Source of the DNA: Acidimicrobiia bacterium
Lineage (GTDB): Bacteria > Actinomycetota > Acidimicrobiia > Spongiisociales > ZC4RG35
Assembly (NCBI GenBank): GCA_036396635.1
Contig: DASWKM010000092.1
Span: forward strand, 9,798-73,797
Direction of reading: 5' to 3'
Length of the DNA stretch: 64,000 bases
This document shows positions 51,043 through 59,771 of the stretch, in pieces (position 1 is the first letter of the stretch; the number at the start of each line of letters is the position of its first letter). The notes under the pieces are model-generated. The model was given only the letters and a program-made list of their open reading frames with translations. It ran no database searches and had not been told where the DNA came from. The position numbers were made by a program, and so were the translations under genes.

Positions 51043-51547
51043 CCGAGTCGTCGGAGGTGGCGTCGGTCCCTTCCTCATCCTCCTCGGGTTTGTCACGGTC
51101 ACCGAGCACCCAGATGGCGAGGACGGAGAGTGATCCGGCCCCGAGGGCCACAGCCAGCCATAGCAGTCGCCGTGAGTCGACACTCAACCCGTCGTCCTCC
51201 TCAGCGTCGGTGGTCCCAGTCGATTCGGTTCGGAGGTCGGCACCCAGCATCGTCAGGGAGACGGGCTCCGAGATCTCGCCATTCGGCCCGAGGATCTCGA
51301 AAACAACCATGTAGTTCTTGGCCTCGAGCTGGGTGACGATGCCAAACACCCCGTCGCCGCGATCAAGGAGTGGCAGTGTCAGGGCCTCATCGTTGTCGAA
51401 GACGAGGTGGGCAACGACCGATTGGGCGGTCACCCCGATCTCGACCTCGATGTCGATGGTCATCACCCCGGACTCAATCGACTCAACGGCTGCCGATGCC
51501 GTCCCGAAGGCACCGCCGAGTAGGAGGGCCGCGATCAAGGCTCTCAT
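51035..51547 (-). CDS. Secreted hypothetical protein with C-terminal TM anchor and acidic tail
   Basis: Signal peptide MRALIAALLLGGAFGTASA. C-terminal TM helix LLWLAVALGAGSLSVLAIWVL, then a D/E-rich tail. Confidence 0.45.
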   Translation of the reverse strand: MRALIAALLLGGAFGTASAAVESIESGVMTIDIEVEIGVTAQSVVAHLVFDNDEALTLPLLDRGDGVFGIVTQLEAKNYMVVFEILGPNGEISEPVSLTMLGADLRTESTGTTDAEEDDGLSVDSRRLLWLAVALGAGSLSVLAIWVLGDRDKPEEDEEGTDATSDDSDG

Positions 51548-52368
51548 GCAGCCCACTCCCCCCGCTCTTCCATGATCGTCCTGAGGAGGTCCGGTCGGTC
51601 GGTGATGATCCCGTCCACTCCCATGTCGAGCAGCCTGGTCATCTCCGACCTCGTATTCACGGTCCACACATGGATCTGCATGCCCAAACGGTGGGCTCTG
51701 TCCACGAGGCGTCTGTTGACGACCCTCACCCCACTCCGATGCGTGGGGAGTTGGAGAGCCGAAGCCGGGCCGTTCCCCCCAAACCCGATTCGAGAGGCGA
51801 CGACGAATGCCCTGGCCGCCTTGGGCCCGGTCGAGGTGGCTACCCGCCCATTGGTCAGCCCACGGAACTCTGCCAGCCGGCGGTCTGAGAACGAGCCGAC
51901 GATGAGACGATCGTGAATCTCGAGAGCCTCGATCATCTCGACCAAGGGCCGAGCCAGTCCGGCAGATTTGAGGTCAACGATCACCGAGACATCGGGGAAC
52001 GACGCCATCACCTCCTCCAGGGTCGGCACGGTTATCCCCTTGCCCCGAAAAGGGAATCCGTGCCGTGTTTGATGCCGGTAACCGGCATCCAGGCCTTTCA
52101 CCTGGGTAAGGCTGAGATCCTCGACCCTCCCACGGCCATCCGTGGTGCGATCGACGGTATCGTCGTGAAAGCACACCAGGACACCGTCGGATGTGATGTG
52201 GAGGTCCGTCTCCAGGTGCCGGTAACCGAGACCCATGGCACCGGCGAAGGAGACCATCGTGTTCTCCGGCCACAACACCCTGCTTCCCCGATGAGCGATG
52301 GCGACCGGGGCCCGCCAACGATGGGTGTCGAGTGTCATGACGCCACGGTAAACACTCGCAGTGGTCAT
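51544..52368 (-). CDS. Glycerophosphodiester phosphodiesterase
   Basis: GDPD motifs IAHRGS and HLETDLHITSDGVLVCFHD. Confidence 0.82.
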   Translation of the reverse strand: MTTASVYRGVMTLDTHRWRAPVAIAHRGSRVLWPENTMVSFAGAMGLGYRHLETDLHITSDGVLVCFHDDTVDRTTDGRGRVEDLSLTQVKGLDAGYRHQTRHGFPFRGKGITVPTLEEVMASFPDVSVIVDLKSAGLARPLVEMIEALEIHDRLIVGSFSDRRLAEFRGLTNGRVATSTGPKAARAFVVASRIGFGGNGPASALQLPTHRSGVRVVNRRLVDRAHRLGMQIHVWTVNTRSEMTRLLDMGVDGIITDRPDLLRTIMEERGEWAA

Positions 52369-52372
52369 GTAG

Positions 52373-52410
52373 TCGAAAAAGAAAGCGGCGGGTCCCCGGG
52401 ACCCGCCGCT
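52373..52410 (-). terminator. Rho-independent terminator downstream of hup
   Basis: 12-bp stem agcggcgggtcc/ggacccgccgct with a 3-nt loop. On the minus strand it is followed by UUUCUUUUUCG. Confidence 0.75.
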
Positions 52411-52431
52411 TCAAAACTCAGAGGTCGAGCG

Positions 52432-52725
52432 CTAGTCCGCTACCCGATCCTTGAGGCCCTTGGATGCGCTGAAGTGCGCATACTTCCTCGCCGGTATGGT
52501 GATCGTCTGCCCCGTGGCCGGGTTGCGTCCCTGACGCTCCGACCGGTGTTTGAGGCTGAAGTTGCCGAAGCCGGTGACGTTGACCTTGCGGCCTGCGTCC
52601 AGCTCGACAGCGATGATCCCCTCCCCGTCCTTGGTGGAGAAGATGTGGTCAATGACCTCTGCGGCCTTGGCCTTGGAGAGATCCGCCTTCCTGGCGAGCT
52701 TGTCCGCCATCTCGGATTTGTTCAC
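52432..52725 (-). CDS. hup: HU family DNA-binding protein
   Basis: 97 aa with the HU arm motif NVTGFGNFSLKHRSERQGRNPATGQTITIPA. Confidence 0.88.
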   Translation of the reverse strand: MNKSEMADKLARKADLSKAKAAEVIDHIFSTKDGEGIIAVELDAGRKVNVTGFGNFSLKHRSERQGRNPATGQTITIPARKYAHFSASKGLKDRVAD

Positions 52726-52851
52726 GACGCCTCCTTGTGGGTCGATGGTTTCGCGGCTCTTGCCGCTGCGAGATTGCTATCAACGTTAGGCGATACTTCA
52801 ATCGTTACCTACGTTTTCCCTCGTTTACGATTCGCGAGGTCGAGGAGACCC

Positions 52852-53631
52852 ATGAGCACGACGTATGAGAAGACAGGTGATGTGGCGGTTGTCACCTTGA
52901 ATCGACCGGAGCGTTACAACGCCATCGACGCCGCCCTGTCGACCGCCGTGGTCGCCAATCTCCGCCGGGCGCAGGCCGAGGCGAGGGCCGTTGTCCTGAC
53001 GGGCAGGGGCAAGGCGTTCTGTTCGGGAGCCGATCTGTCCGCTTTCGCAGAGGAGTACGACAACGGGTCGCCCGATCTTGCTCGCCATCTGGACGAGGAG
53101 TTTCACCCGGTGGTCTACGCCCTCGCCGACTGCTCGATTCCTACGGTCGCCGCTGTCAACGGGGTGGCCGCGGGTGCCGGGATGGGCCTGGCCCTCGGTT
53201 GCGACCTCAGGGTCATGGACGAGACGGCATATCTCACATCGGCATTCACGGCGATTGGTCTGACTCCGGACTCGGGATCCACCTGGCTGCTGCCCCACCA
53301 CCTCGGTGTGTCAACTGCACTGGAGATGGCGTTGACCAACCGCAGGATGACGGCCGAGGAAGCAAAGGCACACGGGCTCTGCGTCGAGGTCGCACCAGCC
53401 GGGGAGAGTGTCCCAAAAGCCTTGGAATATGCAGAGAAGCTCGCCGACATGCCCACCGACGCCCTCGTCACAACCCGGCGGTTGATACGCGGCTCGGCCC
53501 GTCTGACATTCGCCGAAGGGCTGGAACAGGAAATGCTCGAGCAGGGTCGTCTCGGCATGACACCGGAGCATCACGAGGGAGTCATGGCCTTCCTGGAGAA
53601 GAGAGCACCGGACTTCAGGAGGTTCTATTGA
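52852..53631 (+). CDS. Enoyl-CoA hydratase/isomerase family protein
   Basis: Crotonase fold with oxyanion-hole motifs GKAFCSGADL and AAVNGVAAGAGMGLALGCDLRV. GAGGAG RBS. The ORF track extends 5' to 51913 only because no stop intervenes. Confidence 0.82.
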   Translation: MSTTYEKTGDVAVVTLNRPERYNAIDAALSTAVVANLRRAQAEARAVVLTGRGKAFCSGADLSAFAEEYDNGSPDLARHLDEEFHPVVYALADCSIPTVAAVNGVAAGAGMGLALGCDLRVMDETAYLTSAFTAIGLTPDSGSTWLLPHHLGVSTALEMALTNRRMTAEEAKAHGLCVEVAPAGESVPKALEYAEKLADMPTDALVTTRRLIRGSARLTFAEGLEQEMLEQGRLGMTPEHHEGVMAFLEKRAPDFRRFY

Positions 53632-53819
53632 ATTAGACGCCGGAACTCAAAGCCGAGACGGGGCTGAATGGCGGAGCGGTAGCCGCCGACCGACCGGCGT
53701 CTGTTTGGCCAGACGAGACACCAGTCGACGAGGGACGACTGACGTTGATCCCCAGACCGCCCTCCTGCCAGGTCTAAGGGGAGGCGCGCGGCCAAAGTCG
53801 GTCGGCCATTATCAGAGTC

Positions 53820-54227
53820 TCACGGCCTGACCAGATAGACCTCCAGGTCGATCTTGCCTCGGGCGCCGTGGCCAAAGGCGACACCTATCTCGTTGTTGAG
53901 CCAAGCCAGGGCTTCGTTTCCGGTCTCGAAGACGATCAGCTCCTTCGGGCTGGCCGATTGATCCTCATGGGCGATCGAGACGCCAGTCGCCGTGTACGAG
54001 AGACTCTCGCGTTTCTCACCGATGGTGACGTGGATGTCGAGGCTCATGTTCCCATCGGACCTCACCGTCACGTAGTCGACACCACGGACCGGCCGCTGGC
54101 CGTCCCAATGCTCGCTGGTGGCCGTGCCCTCGAAGGGGAAGTCGATCCTCATCCCGGTGGGTGCCTTTCCGATCACGTTCATCCCCATGCTGGCTTCGAT
54201 CGTGCAGAACTTCTCCAGTGACGGCAT
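53820..54227 (-). CDS. DUF3237-like beta-barrel protein
   Basis: About 135 aa with a MPSLEKFCTIEASMGMNVIGKAPTGMRIDFPFEG...VRSDG pattern resembling DUF3237. Confidence 0.45.
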   Translation of the reverse strand: MPSLEKFCTIEASMGMNVIGKAPTGMRIDFPFEGTATSEHWDGQRPVRGVDYVTVRSDGNMSLDIHVTIGEKRESLSYTATGVSIAHEDQSASPKELIVFETGNEALAWLNNEIGVAFGHGARGKIDLEVYLVRP

Positions 54228-54256
54228 ACATCCCTCTCTTGGGCGGAAAGACGGCG

Positions 54257-54895
54257 TCACCGTAGCCGAGATCGGGCCAGCAGGTCCCGGACCTCGTCAT
54301 CGCCGGTTTGGGTGAAATCCCGATACCAGGAGCCCACGGCTCCGAATCTGGCCGGCTGCTCCAAGACCACCATCCGGCTGGCGCGTTTTGCCAGTCGCAT
54401 CACTGTGTCTGTCGGTGCGACCGGCACTGCCACCCACACCTCTGCGGCACCGAGCCTCTCCAGCACGGCCACGGCTGCCAGCGCCGTCGAGCCGGTTGCC
54501 AGCCCATCGTCCACGACAATCGCAGTGTGTCCCGTGGCCGGGATCGGCTCCGCCTCGGACCTGTACATGGCGACCCGCCGCTCCAACTCTCGTCTCTCCA
54601 GCCGCACGACATCGGCGAACTCGGACTCATCGATCATCGCCTGGGTGATCACGTCGGAATTGCGGATGATGACACCTCTCTCCGCAATCGCACCCATCGC
54701 CAACTCGGGCTGGTAGGGGACGCCGATCTTTCGGACGACCAGGATGTCGAGTGGGCATTTCAAGACCTCTGCGACCTCGAACCCGACCGGGACGCCCCCT
54801 CGAGGCAATGCGTACACGACCGGCTCGTGGGGGTCGAGCTCGGTAATCGCCTCACCCAGGAGGGCCCCGGCGTGACGTCGGTCCGAGAACATCAC
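54257..54895 (-). CDS. Phosphoribosyltransferase family protein
   Basis: PRPP-binding loop TAIVVDDGLATGST. N-terminal YALPRGGVPVGFEVA. Confidence 0.72.
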   Translation of the reverse strand: MMFSDRRHAGALLGEAITELDPHEPVVYALPRGGVPVGFEVAEVLKCPLDILVVRKIGVPYQPELAMGAIAERGVIIRNSDVITQAMIDESEFADVVRLERRELERRVAMYRSEAEPIPATGHTAIVVDDGLATGSTALAAVAVLERLGAAEVWVAVPVAPTDTVMRLAKRASRMVVLEQPARFGAVGSWYRDFTQTGDDEVRDLLARSRLR

Positions 54896-54896
54896 A

Positions 54897-55889
54897 TCAC
54901 CCGTAACGCTTCACATAGGCCTCGAGCCAAGGCATCACCTGGTCGATGAATTGGTCGGCCTCCGCGGTAGGCAGAGACCGCGCCGCGTAGTTCATCAGCA
55001 TGATCTGACGGGCGGCATGGAACCCGTCCAACTGGCTGTCATCGACGACAGGCCAAGGTGACACTGTTTCGAACCCCTTGCGGAACGCGGCGCGAATGTC
55101 GTCTCGCAGCTCACTGCTACGCGACGAGTAGAGGCAGATGGAGACGTCCTGCGCGGGCAATGCCATCATCACGTCTTCAAAATCGAACGCGAAGAGTCGG
55201 CTGCGCGCGATGTGGACATTCCACTCATGGAGGTCGCCATGGACGATCTGGGGTGACGGGTGATTGTATGAGTCCTCGATGACCGACTCCGCGATTGATC
55301 GGGCGGTCGTGATGGTTCCCCGGCGCGGCCGGTTGAAGATATGTGCGTACTTCGGGTCGTCGATGATCACCGGATCAAAGCTCTCGTCGTAATAGAAGAC
55401 CCGGTCCCAGCGCCGCACAACAGCGTCGGGGGGAGGGTCCCAAGTTCTGCCGTGAAGTTGAAGGACACCACACATCTCACCGAGTAGCCGATAGGCAAAT
55501 GTCCCTGCGCCGTCGGCCATAGGTCGTCCCGGGACCCAAGAGAACATGACGCATGATCGCTCCTTGTCGATGTGCTCGTCGTACTCATCGACTATCAGTC
55601 GATTGCCGACGGTTCGAATCGGCTTCACCACCTCGAGATCGGTCTCACCGTTCAGCGCATCGAGCCAGGCCACCTCGAGCTCGATGTTGGCCCTGGAGTT
55701 GGCATGCGGGGTGCCGATTCGAAGGACCAATTGCTGCCCACTGTCGGTGACGACCCGGAACATCACATTCGAATGTGTGACCAGATGCTCCACCTCGCGG
55801 GTGAGGAACGGATAGCGCTTCAAGACTCTTTCCACCAAGGGCCTCAGACGTTTGGCCTCGATACGGGTTCGCGATGCATCCATAGACAA
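54897..55889 (-). CDS. Phosphotransferase (APH/choline kinase-like) family protein
   Basis: Catalytic loop HGDLHEWNV and DFEDV (Mg-binding D) of the aminoglycoside phosphotransferase-like kinase fold. Confidence 0.72.
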   Translation of the reverse strand: MSMDASRTRIEAKRLRPLVERVLKRYPFLTREVEHLVTHSNVMFRVVTDSGQQLVLRIGTPHANSRANIELEVAWLDALNGETDLEVVKPIRTVGNRLIVDEYDEHIDKERSCVMFSWVPGRPMADGAGTFAYRLLGEMCGVLQLHGRTWDPPPDAVVRRWDRVFYYDESFDPVIIDDPKYAHIFNRPRRGTITTARSIAESVIEDSYNHPSPQIVHGDLHEWNVHIARSRLFAFDFEDVMMALPAQDVSICLYSSRSSELRDDIRAAFRKGFETVSPWPVVDDSQLDGFHAARQIMLMNYAARSLPTAEADQFIDQVMPWLEAYVKRYG

Positions 55890-55934
55890 CAGGTGGGCCG
55901 GTCAGGCCCACAACTCATTGTGGTCGATCAGCGC

Positions 55935-58511
55935 TCAGGTGACACGAACTTCTTCGGGCATCGCGGACCCGATCACCTGGTCGCCGCGGCGACGATGCCA
56001 GCCGTCCCACAAGGCGAGCATCGATGGCAGGACCAAGACGGCGGCGACCAACGACAGGCCGATGGCATACACGGTCACCTGGCCCATCTGGCGGAACGGG
56101 ATGAGACTGGAGGTGATCAGGACACCAAAGCCCGCCATGGTGGTGAAGGCTGACCCCGCCAGAGCCCCGCCGGTGTGTCTCATCGTCGAGCGCATTGCGA
56201 TTTCCATGCCGTCATATGCCCGACGGTCGTCCTGGAACCTTCTCGCGATGTGAATGGTGAATGGGACGCCGATGCCGATGGAGAGGGCTGCGATCGTCGC
56301 CGTCACCGGGCCGAATGGGATGCCGGTCACATACATGAGCCCGTAGGTCCAGAGCACCACCAGCGCCACCGGGGCGATGGTGATGACGCCCAAGAACCAG
56401 CGACGTGACTCCAGCAGGAAGCTGATGATCAGGACGAGTCCGGCCACGGCGATCGTGATGAACAAGGAGACGCTCTGTGAGCTCGTCAGCTGCGTCACCA
56501 CCACGTCGCCAATGATGTTGTCGGAGGTATCGACGGCCGAGACACCCAGATCAGCGACTGGTTGGAATGCGGCGTCGAGCGCGGCTCGTAGGTCGTTGAC
56601 ATTCTCGCCGGCCGTCGTGGTGATGCTCCACAAGAGTGCGTCGACCTCGCCACCGCCCATGACGATGACCCGGCCTGCTTGCTCGGGTGCCGCATCGATC
56701 AGAGCCTGATAGAGCGGCGTCACGTTATTTCCGGCGTCGACACTCATATCCTCTTGCAGACCGGCCTGCTGCGCTGCGGCCAGGACATCGGCTGGGGTCT
56801 CCGACGGCCCACCCCCGAGCATCTGACCGAGTATCGAGATCGGGGAGGCGGCATTGACGAACTCGCCCTGTTCGGTGCTTGTCGTCGCGACATCGTCGAT
56901 GGCCGCCAGGCTGGCGTTGGCGGAGACGAGGGCGTTGTGGACCTCGGCGTCGATCGCCTTGTCGCCGGTCGATTCGACGAGGACATTTGTCTGCTCACCG
57001 AATCCGCCACCGAAGTCGTTGGTCAGGATGTCCAGGGTCTGGACATACGGGGAGTCGGCCGGCAGGAAGTCGGTGAACGAGAACCGGGTCTCCAGCCGGG
57101 TGAACCCGTAGAAGCCGGCGGCACCGAGTAACAAGGCAACGACCAGCGTGGGGATCGCAGCATGCTCGGCGAGAAGGGCGAGGCGCTCCATGACCCTCGG
57201 GAGCACCCGATCGCCATGAGCCTGTAGCGACTCGACCGGGAGCGTCCCCTTCCGCTCGGCACGACGGTCGAGGATTGTCCTCACCGCCGGGACGAGAGTC
57301 AACATCAAGAGGAAGGCAACGATGATCCCGACCGCTGCGAGGATGCCGAAATCCTTCAGCGCAGGGACAGGGTTGAAGACGTTGGTGAGAAACCCGATGA
57401 CCGTGGTGACCGTGGCCAGGGTCAGAGCGACGCCGACCGAGGTCACCGCACCGGTCATGGCGCCATCGACCGTCTCACCTTCGCCGACCTCCTCGCGGTA
57501 GCGCGCGGTGAGGTGGATGGCGTAGTCCACACCCAGGCCGACCAGGAGGATCGGCACGATCTGTGTCGGTGCGGAGAAGGCATCGATGACGCCGATCCGG
57601 CTCAGGAGATACCCGATGCCCTGCATCACTCCTATGGCCATGACGATGGTCGCCAGCGTGAGCAGCATGTCGGTGAGGGGCCGACGAATGGCAGCGAACC
57701 AACTCTGCTCCCTGCCCGGTGATAGCCAGTAAACGAAGACGAGGATCAATGTGATCACGGCGATGGCGAGCCCGAAGAGCTTGCCGACCTCCTGAGTGAA
57801 CTCATCGGTTCCCGAGACCAGGAGCCCGAACGAGAACGGCCTGATCTCGAGATCGGAATCGACTCCTTCGAGGTCCAGGGCGAGTGCCTGCTCGGCGGCA
57901 GCCTGTGCGTTGAACGATTCGTCCGCGTCAGCACCCGGGAACGACCCCACGAAGGCCAGAACCATTCCCCCCGATGAGCTCACCGAAGAGGAGTCGTAAT
58001 CCTGAGAGACGAGGGATGACAGGAAGGAGACCTGCTCAGGTGACCCGGTGCCCGGATCGAGCGACTCGGTGTAGAGCTGCTTGACCATCTCATCTGTCAT
58101 CGTCTCGATGGGAATCGCCTGAGCCGCCATGGCCTGCTCGACTCCGGAGAGGTAGTGGATCACACCCGGGCGCTCGGAGCGCTCCGATAGCTGATCACCG
58201 ACATCCGATGCGAGGATGGCCTCCACGGTGGCCTGCACGGTTCGGAGCCCCTCGACGGTGATCACGTCGCCCGCGTCCTCGCGGACGACGATCTGCATCG
58301 TGGTCTCCCGGCTCTCATCGCCGAATTTCTCGGCGATTCTCTCTTGGGCGGAGATTTCTGCGCTTTCGGGGGCAAAACCCTCGTTTCCGGTCGCAATCTC
58401 TATCTGACTGGCGAACGAGGCGAGGACACCGGACAGGATGAGCGACACCGTCACAACCATCCACGGCGCCCGTCGCGACATGCTGGCAAGGACCGCGACG
58501 ACAGACTTCAC
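55935..58511 (-). CDS. MMPL family RND transporter
   Basis: 858 aa with two 6-TM bundles, each followed by a large periplasmic loop. Typical MMPL N-terminus. Confidence 0.8.
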   Translation of the reverse strand: MKSVVAVLASMSRRAPWMVVTVSLILSGVLASFASQIEIATGNEGFAPESAEISAQERIAEKFGDESRETTMQIVVREDAGDVITVEGLRTVQATVEAILASDVGDQLSERSERPGVIHYLSGVEQAMAAQAIPIETMTDEMVKQLYTESLDPGTGSPEQVSFLSSLVSQDYDSSSVSSSGGMVLAFVGSFPGADADESFNAQAAAEQALALDLEGVDSDLEIRPFSFGLLVSGTDEFTQEVGKLFGLAIAVITLILVFVYWLSPGREQSWFAAIRRPLTDMLLTLATIVMAIGVMQGIGYLLSRIGVIDAFSAPTQIVPILLVGLGVDYAIHLTARYREEVGEGETVDGAMTGAVTSVGVALTLATVTTVIGFLTNVFNPVPALKDFGILAAVGIIVAFLLMLTLVPAVRTILDRRAERKGTLPVESLQAHGDRVLPRVMERLALLAEHAAIPTLVVALLLGAAGFYGFTRLETRFSFTDFLPADSPYVQTLDILTNDFGGGFGEQTNVLVESTGDKAIDAEVHNALVSANASLAAIDDVATTSTEQGEFVNAASPISILGQMLGGGPSETPADVLAAAQQAGLQEDMSVDAGNNVTPLYQALIDAAPEQAGRVIVMGGGEVDALLWSITTTAGENVNDLRAALDAAFQPVADLGVSAVDTSDNIIGDVVVTQLTSSQSVSLFITIAVAGLVLIISFLLESRRWFLGVITIAPVALVVLWTYGLMYVTGIPFGPVTATIAALSIGIGVPFTIHIARRFQDDRRAYDGMEIAMRSTMRHTGGALAGSAFTTMAGFGVLITSSLIPFRQMGQVTVYAIGLSLVAAVLVLPSMLALWDGWHRRRGDQVIGSAMPEEVRVT

Positions 58512-58583
58512 GATCGACTCCTGGGTGGGATCAACGAATGGGGAACAGCGTGAATGGTGGTCCCGCCCTCCCCGATTCCAAAA

Positions 58584-59642
58584 TCAGCCTCCGGCAAGCG
58601 CCATGTCCAGGGTCTGCACGAAGCGCCGATTCTCTTCGTCGTTGCCAACGGTCACCCTCACCCAATCCCCTGACATCGACCGGATCAGCACTCCGACAGA
58701 AGTCATGGCCGCCACCACCTGATCGGTGCGGTTCCCCAGGGAGAAGTAGATGAAGTTTGTGTGGCTATCCGCCATGGGAAGCCCCCGCTCGGCAAGGGCT
58801 CCCATCAGGTGGTGGCGTCGGGCGCTGTTGTCCGAGCGTCGCCTCTCCAACTCGCCGTTTTGGCCCAATGAAGCCCGCGCAGCCACCTGTGCGACCTGGC
58901 TCACCGTCAACGGGGGTTGAGCCTTGCGTAGCTCTACGAGGGTGTCGGGCCGGCCTATCGCGTATCCGATTCTGTGCGCGGCCAAGCTGTAGATCTTGGA
59001 GAACGTGCGCAACACCAGCACGTTGGGGCGGTTCACAGCCAATGGGATCTCGGTGTGATACCTGGGATCGGTGACGAAGTCGTGATATGCCTCATCGACC
59101 ACGACGAGCACCGAATCCGGGATTGAATCGATGAATGCCTCGATCTCCTCGACAGCCCTGATGGTGCCCGTCGGGTTGTTCGGATTGCACACGATGACCA
59201 CTCGTGTGTCCGAGTCGATAGCGGCTCGCATCCCGTCGAGATCGAGCCTGTGGTCCTCACTCAGCGGTACTTCTACATGAGTTGAGCCCGCCCAGGTAGT
59301 CACGAACCGGTACATGACGAAACTCGGCCATCCGTAAACGATGTTGGTTCCGTGTCCGCCGGCCAGAGTGCCGATCTCGGTCAGCAGTGCCATGGTCCCG
59401 GCGCCGAACAAGATGTTGGAGAAGTCGACTTGCAGCTCGTCTGCTAGGGCATGGCCGAGGTCCCAGCAGTCACTGTCCGGATAGCGGTTCGACCTGCTCA
59501 ATACCTCGGCCGCGGCCGCGGCCACTCCTGGAAACGGGCCTTCGGGACTCTCATTGGCGGTCAGTTTGACGATGTCCGCCGGGTCGAGCCCATGGGATCG
59601 CGCCACGTCGGCGAGCTGGCGGCCGACTTGATACGAGCGCAT
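58584..59642 (-). CDS. Histidinol-phosphate/aromatic aminotransferase family (class II PLP aminotransferase)
   Basis: LTANESPEGPF. NPNNPTG. Lys-containing TFSKIYSLAAHRIGY. Start taken at MRSYQVG (352 aa). The upstream part of the 648-aa ORF is antisense to the promoter region and was rejected. Confidence 0.8.
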   Translation of the reverse strand: MRSYQVGRQLADVARSHGLDPADIVKLTANESPEGPFPGVAAAAAEVLSRSNRYPDSDCWDLGHALADELQVDFSNILFGAGTMALLTEIGTLAGGHGTNIVYGWPSFVMYRFVTTWAGSTHVEVPLSEDHRLDLDGMRAAIDSDTRVVIVCNPNNPTGTIRAVEEIEAFIDSIPDSVLVVVDEAYHDFVTDPRYHTEIPLAVNRPNVLVLRTFSKIYSLAAHRIGYAIGRPDTLVELRKAQPPLTVSQVAQVAARASLGQNGELERRRSDNSARRHHLMGALAERGLPMADSHTNFIYFSLGNRTDQVVAAMTSVGVLIRSMSGDWVRVTVGNDEENRRFVQTLDMALAGG

Positions 59643-59771
59643 CGAGGTGATGTCGGTGCGGAAGGTGGGCACCCGGGCAGAGTACCCAGAATATGCCCGA
59701 CCGACTTCGACCGCGTGCCTCGACCCGGCCACTTCGGGTACCCGAAACCCGATTTGTGGCAAACTCAACCG

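Noticed and set aside
51913-52851. 5' extension of the enoyl-CoA hydratase ORF (572-aa ORF in track)
   Set aside because: It runs antisense through the GDPD and hup genes and across a verified terminator. The real start is the RBS-preceded ATG at 52852.
59451-59771. 5' extension of the E1 fusion ORF and the 648-aa version of the aminotransferase ORF
   Set aside because: Both extensions cross the divergent promoter region and are antisense to each other. Internal Mets (59772 and 59642) give full-length domain architectures.
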